From Octopus vulgaris (Eukaryota): 64,000 bases of DNA. The notes beneath the pieces are model-generated. The model was not told the origin of the DNA, did not search any database, and saw only the letters and a program-made list of their open reading frames with translations. A program made the translations under genes and the position numbers. Each line of letters starts with the position of its first letter. Within the stretch, counting starts at the first letter, position 1. The stretch covers positions 30,380,001 to 30,444,000 of the forward strand of contig OX597835.1 of the NCBI GenBank assembly GCA_951406725.2. The letters are read 5' to 3'. Positions 59,262 to 64,000 of the stretch are shown here, in pieces.

Positions 59262-59832
59262 AAGAACCATTGTCTATGATGAAAATAAAATATCCCTGTG
59301 AGCATGTAAAGACATACCATCGATGGTTTCGATGTGCAGATACAAGAGCTGTGTGTGTCCTGTTTTGCCAATTGGGAAACGAAAAGAAATTGTATACGTT
59401 TTTTCTGAGGAGCGATCGACGAGTCGTGAAACGGTCAGGAGACACTTCTATTATTTCCTGGGGAATTACAACCGTGTTTCGTGGTCTGCTGCCACAACAG
59501 CTCCTTTATAGGATCCAGTTTGCTCAAGACATCATCAGGAGGAACTACGTCCGGTTTCGGCACCTACTCCTTGACGTGGCGGGGCCCCCACTTTCGGAGG
59601 TGTCTTCAGCTCTGGTGTTGGGTGCATGCCTTCTTTCTTCTGTTCTCTGTCCTCTTCGACGTATCGTCAGTATAGTATATACTCTCTCTTGACCAGAAAT
59701 GGCCTGAACTCTTTACATGAACACTACTCTGTACATAACTCTATGTCCCCCTATATGGTCTTTCCTTTTGCTTTTTGAGCCAAAAAAATGAACTTAACTT
59801 AACTTAACTTAACTATATCGTTAATACATAGG

Positions 59833-59866
<34 letters not shown>

Positions 59867-60290
59867 TTTTCAGGGCGGTGTTCCAGCTTCGCAGCAGCTG
59901 TCGACTTGTTTTTAGTAAAATAACAGAAAAAGACACTTTATCACAGTCAATGGGCTTACTGCTTCGTAAATTTAAACATCAAATACCATTGACTATGATA
60001 AAATGATAAAAACAAAATCTTTATTGGCAAGTAAACACATCCCATCGATGATTTCTCTGTGTAGATATAAGAATGGAAAGTGTCATATGTTGTCGATTAG
60101 GAAACGAGAGGAGATTGCATACGTCGACTAATTGTAAAATGTTAGGGAGACACTTCCCATTTTTCCCGTAAATCGCTAGCATAGATGAAATATGTATAAA
60201 TTTTACATGGCGGTACTCCAGCTTGGCAACAACGCTCAAGCTGTAACTAAAATTAAGCCCTTTATCACAGTTAATGGGTTTACCGCTCGG
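59262..60290. repeat. Old tandem duplication (about 330-370 bp unit), first unit split by an insertion
   Basis: accattg.ctatgat, ccatcgatg, ggaaacga, ggagacactt, ggcggt..tccagctt, ctttatcacagt.aatggg each occur twice in the same order. Confidence 0.75.
59682..59814 (+). mobile_element. CR1 3' UTR and (AACTT)n tail
   Basis: Reverse complement match to 35146-35270 (tcttgaccagaaatggcctgaactcttt...tttgctttttgagccaaaaaa). Confidence 0.88.
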
Positions 60291-61091
60291 TGGTTATAAA
60301 CTGCTGCTTTCTCCTGTTTGATGTCATTAAGTGTTAAGTTGGTGCACAATGCCCAAGGAGCTATACCCACCTCCCGCTGAGTGAAGGAAAGAAGAAAAGG
60401 TATGTGAATTACAAGAAATTGCTGAGTTAACTGAGCAACTATGAACACCAAGCGATGAGAATCCGAGAATCAGAATGAGTTGGTGCAGGTTTGTGTGTGG
60501 CTCATACACTCCTCTCCATACACTTTCTACAACATTGCGTAAGCCTCTGAGCAGGTCGCCATGAAAACTTACTCTGTCATGGTCAATGCGACGATCAAAC
60601 GCTACACACTTTCATTACAAACACTGCTGTAAACACGGGAAGTGAGCTAGAAAGGAAAATTTAGTGTATATGCTCAACAGAGTTCAAGGTCAATCTATAC
60701 TAAGCGGCTTCATTTTGCGTGCTTTAGCGTTGGCAACAATCCGGATACTTATTGATCAGACCTCGTAAAGTGCACTGCTAACACATTAGGACACGGTATT
60801 AACTTATAAAAGCGCTTAATATACTTTATGACATATTATGGTTGCATAACAAAATACCACATTCCTACAAGAAATAATAATCTAATTAATCAGACGCTAC
60901 CTCTCGCACAGATATGCAAATGAAGCTGAACAATACGGTGAGTTTTCTATTGTTTTTGTTTATTTTAGAGAAGCATTGCTGACTATCTTGACAAGCTTTC
61001 CAATCTCACACATATTCTAGCTTTTCATTTATTCTAACATAAGCAGACCCAGGCGAGAGAAATTCCTTTTTCGTAAGTGTAATAGCATTGC

Positions 61092-61339
61092 AAGGTAGCT
61101 TAAATTGGTCCTACTCTTTTACTCTTTTACTTGTTTCAGTCATTTGACTGCGGCCAGGCTGGAGCACCGCCTTTAATCGAGCAACTCGACCCCGGGAATT
61201 ATTCCTTTGTAAGTCCAGTACTTATTCTATCGGGCTCTTTTGTCGAACCGCTAAGTAACGGGGTCATAAACAAACCAGCATAGGTTGTCAAGCAATGCTA
61301 GGGGGACAAACACAGACACACAAACACACACAGCATATA

Positions 61340-61407
<68 letters not shown>

Positions 61408-61530
61408 TACGACGGGCTTCTTTCAGTTTCCATCTACCAAATCCACTCACAAGGCTTTGTTCGGCCCGAGGCTACAGTAGAAGACACTTGCCCAAGGTGC
61501 CATGCAGTGGGACCGAACCCGGGACCATGT
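61092..61530 (-). mobile_element. SINE family A
   Basis: Reverse-complement motifs, internal (TACA)/(TA)n. Confidence 0.9.
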
Positions 61531-61732
61531 AGTTATCCTGCGTCTTGGATAAAATTACAATTTTTTTTTCTTGCAGTGCCAAAAATGACTGATGCATACC
61601 AATTATTTTCCCTTTATTTATTCCTTCCAGGCACAATGTTCTAAGAATGAATCACAGATGTCAGATTGAAGGATCTGAAACGTCTTGCAAACTGTGCCTT
61701 TGTCCGCGTCTAGCATACACAAAATAATCATA

Positions 61733-62367
61733 TCTTTATATATAAAAGTAAGGTTGTGTGTCTGTCTCATACGATTTAGATTCCTAATTACTCCCACATT
61801 TTGCGGTGCAGTTTAACCAAAACCGGATATTTTATAGTCGTGATTCATATCGAACCCTTCTGGGTATTAGCGCGCGTCTACGATGAGTCTACGATTTTAA
61901 AAATAATTTACCATAATTTTTTTCCATTTTAATGCATATTTTTTAAATATGTCTATCTTGTGTCCGAGATAGATTTTGCCTTGGTCACCAACGAATGACT
62001 AAGAACAACGATTTATTCTATACTAGCAGTATCGCCCGGCGTTGCTCGGGTTTGTAAGGGAAATAACTATATAAGCATTCTTAGAGGGTTATAGCCAAAA
62101 AATAGCAAAAAAAGGCATTAAAAATGGAAAAAAAAATTATGGTAAATATTTTTTTAAATCGTTGACTCATCGTAGACATTTTTAGAGTGTTACTCTAACA
62201 AACACTCTAAAAATGTCTGCGATGAATCAACGATTTTTAAAAAAATTACCATAATTTTTTTTCCATTTTTAATGCCTTTTTTTGCTATTTTTTGGCTATA
62301 ACCCTCTAAGAATGCTTATATAGTTATTTGCCTTACAAACCCGAGCAACGCCGGGCGATACTGCTAG
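61733..62367 (+). mobile_element. Non-autonomous Helitron with internal inverted duplication
   Basis: 5' a|TCtttatatataaaag; 3' hairpin cccgagcaacgccggg then CTAG(62364-62367)|t. Confidence 0.8.
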
Positions 62368-62435
62368 TATAGAATAAATCGTTGTTCTTAGTCATTCGTT
62401 GGTGACCAAGGCAAAATCTATCTCGGACACAAGAT
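61955..62435. repeat. Near-perfect 481-bp palindrome
   Basis: Arms 61955-62191 and 62201-62435, 9-nt spacer, only a few mismatches. Confidence 0.95.
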
Positions 62436-62589
62436 GTCTCTTACTCCTTTGGCTACAAACTAGCAGAAGTTAAAAATTTTGGGAATTAATATGTATTCTT
62501 TTATTTTATTATTCTTTTACTTGTTTCAGTCATATTACTGTTGCCATGGTGGAGCACGCGCTTAAACTGTTTTTATTCGAAAAAAATCG

Positions 62590-62799
62590 TGGTGGTGGAA
62601 TAATACTGTAGATGGGGCCATTAGAGCTGAGAAACAGGCCTGGAAGAGTGAGGGCAACAGGGAACTGTATCAGATAGCCAGAAGGAAAGCTAGAAGATAG
62701 GTATACCCAGCCAAAGGAGAAGCAGAAAAGAAGTTTGCCTTTGTTCAGAACCTTGAGAACCAAAGAAATGAAGTATTTCGGATTGCAACACAGTGTGTG
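62590..62799 (+). pseudogene. RTE-clade LINE ORF fragment
   Basis: WWWNNTVDGAIRAEKQAWK...YQIARRKARR*VYPAKGEAE...RNEVFRIATQCV, typical RTE endonuclease-RT linker. Confidence 0.8.
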
Positions 62800-62812
62800 T
62801 GTGTGTGTGTAT

Positions 62813-62854
<42 letters not shown>

Positions 62855-62856
<2 letters not shown>

Positions 62857-63005
62857 TTCTTTATTTGCCCACAAGGGGCTAAATATAGAGAGGACAAACA
62901 AGGACAGACAAAGGGATTAAGTCGATTACATCGACCCCAGTGAGAAACTGGTACTTAATTTATCGACCCCGAAAGGATGAAAGGCAAAGTCGACCTCGGC
63001 GGAAT
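62855..63005 (-). mobile_element. SINE family B, 3' part
   Basis: ctggtacttaatttatcgaccccgaaaggatgaaaggcaaagtcgacctcggcggaattt. Confidence 0.85.
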
Positions 63006-63024
63006 TTTATATATATATATATAT

Positions 63025-63427
63025 AGGCGTAGGAGTTGCTGTGTGGTAAGCAGCTTGCTTACCAACCACATGATTCCGGGCTCAGTCAACACTGCGTGGC
63101 ATCTTGGGCAAGTGTCTTCTACTATAGCCTCTGGCCGACCAAAGCCTTATGAATGGATTTCGTAGACGGAAACTGAAAAGAAGCCCGTCGTATATATGTA
63201 GATAATATATGTATGCGTGTGTGTCTGTGTTTGCCCCCCCCCCCAAACATCGCTTGACAACCGATGCTGGTGTGTTTACATCCCCGTAACTTAGCGGTTC
63301 GGCAAAAGAGATCGATAGAATAAATACTAGGCTTACAAAGAATAAGTCCTTGAGTAGATTTGCTCGACTAAAGGCGGTGCTCCAGCATGGCCATAGTCAA
63401 ATGACTGAAACAAGTAAAGAGAAAGAG

Positions 63428-63428
<1 letters not shown>
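63025..63428 (+). mobile_element. SINE family A, full length
   Basis: All family A motifs present. Confidence 0.9.
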
Positions 63429-63459
<31 letters not shown>

Positions 63460-63462
63460 ATA

Positions 63463-63626
63463 CGACGGGCTTCTTTCAGTTTCTGTCTACCAAATCCACT
63501 CACAAGGCTTTAGCCAGCCCGAGGCTATAGTAGATGACACTTGCCCAAGATGTCACGCAGTGGGACTGAACCTGGAACCATGTGGTTAGGAAGGAAGATT
63601 CTTGCCACAGAATCACGCCTGTGCCT
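63463..63626 (-). mobile_element. SINE family A 5' half, inverted relative to 63025-63428
   Basis: acgacgggcttctttcagtttc...gacacttgcccaag...cacgcctgtgcct. Confidence 0.85.
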
Positions 63627-63863
63627 AATATGTATATATATAATAAATTTGGCTAATTCCATTTAAGAAGCCACGATGACTTTTTTTTTACACTAATCTT
63701 TCATTTACGGGAACCAACCGGATGAGCTGTTTGCAATCATAAGCAAGCGGCCAGAAGTAGTTGTAGATTGTACCTCAAAAGGAAAATGGCAGAAAATCTT
63801 AGATAATTATTTTAACATTTTCGCTGTTTTCTGTTACCTGGTCTAGATTTATATTATATAACA

Positions 63864-63941
<78 letters not shown>

Positions 63942-64000
63942 TACTCATACGCACACACAAGCATATACATGTAAAGCATTCATGTGAGTGAGTGAATGTA

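Overview
AT-rich, repeat-saturated eukaryotic non-coding DNA (intergenic or deep intronic), most likely from an octopus/coleoid cephalopod (inferred from SINE types and microsatellite density). No host protein-coding exon can be supported; almost all listed ORFs are translations of (TA)n, (TG)n, (TATC)n or trinucleotide repeats. Recognisable content: four or five tRNA-derived SINE families (about 30 copies, some with clear TSDs), a decayed Tc1 transposase abutting an internally deleted rosa/maT-like mariner, mariner MITEs, an 8-bp-TSD MITE carrying telomere-like repeats, Helitron/Helentron non-autonomous elements (one with a 480-bp fold-back), and CR1, RTE and L1/Tx1 LINE relics. The most striking feature is a dense population of about 15 hammerhead-ribozyme motifs from several families, lying in short elements inserted into microsatellites (Penelope-like ends or retrozymes). 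These include a fully canonical type I hammerhead inside a 509-bp terminally redundant unit (53222-53768), and a family showing compensatory G3-C8 / U3-A8 core variation. All structures were folded by eye and need computational and biochemical confirmation.
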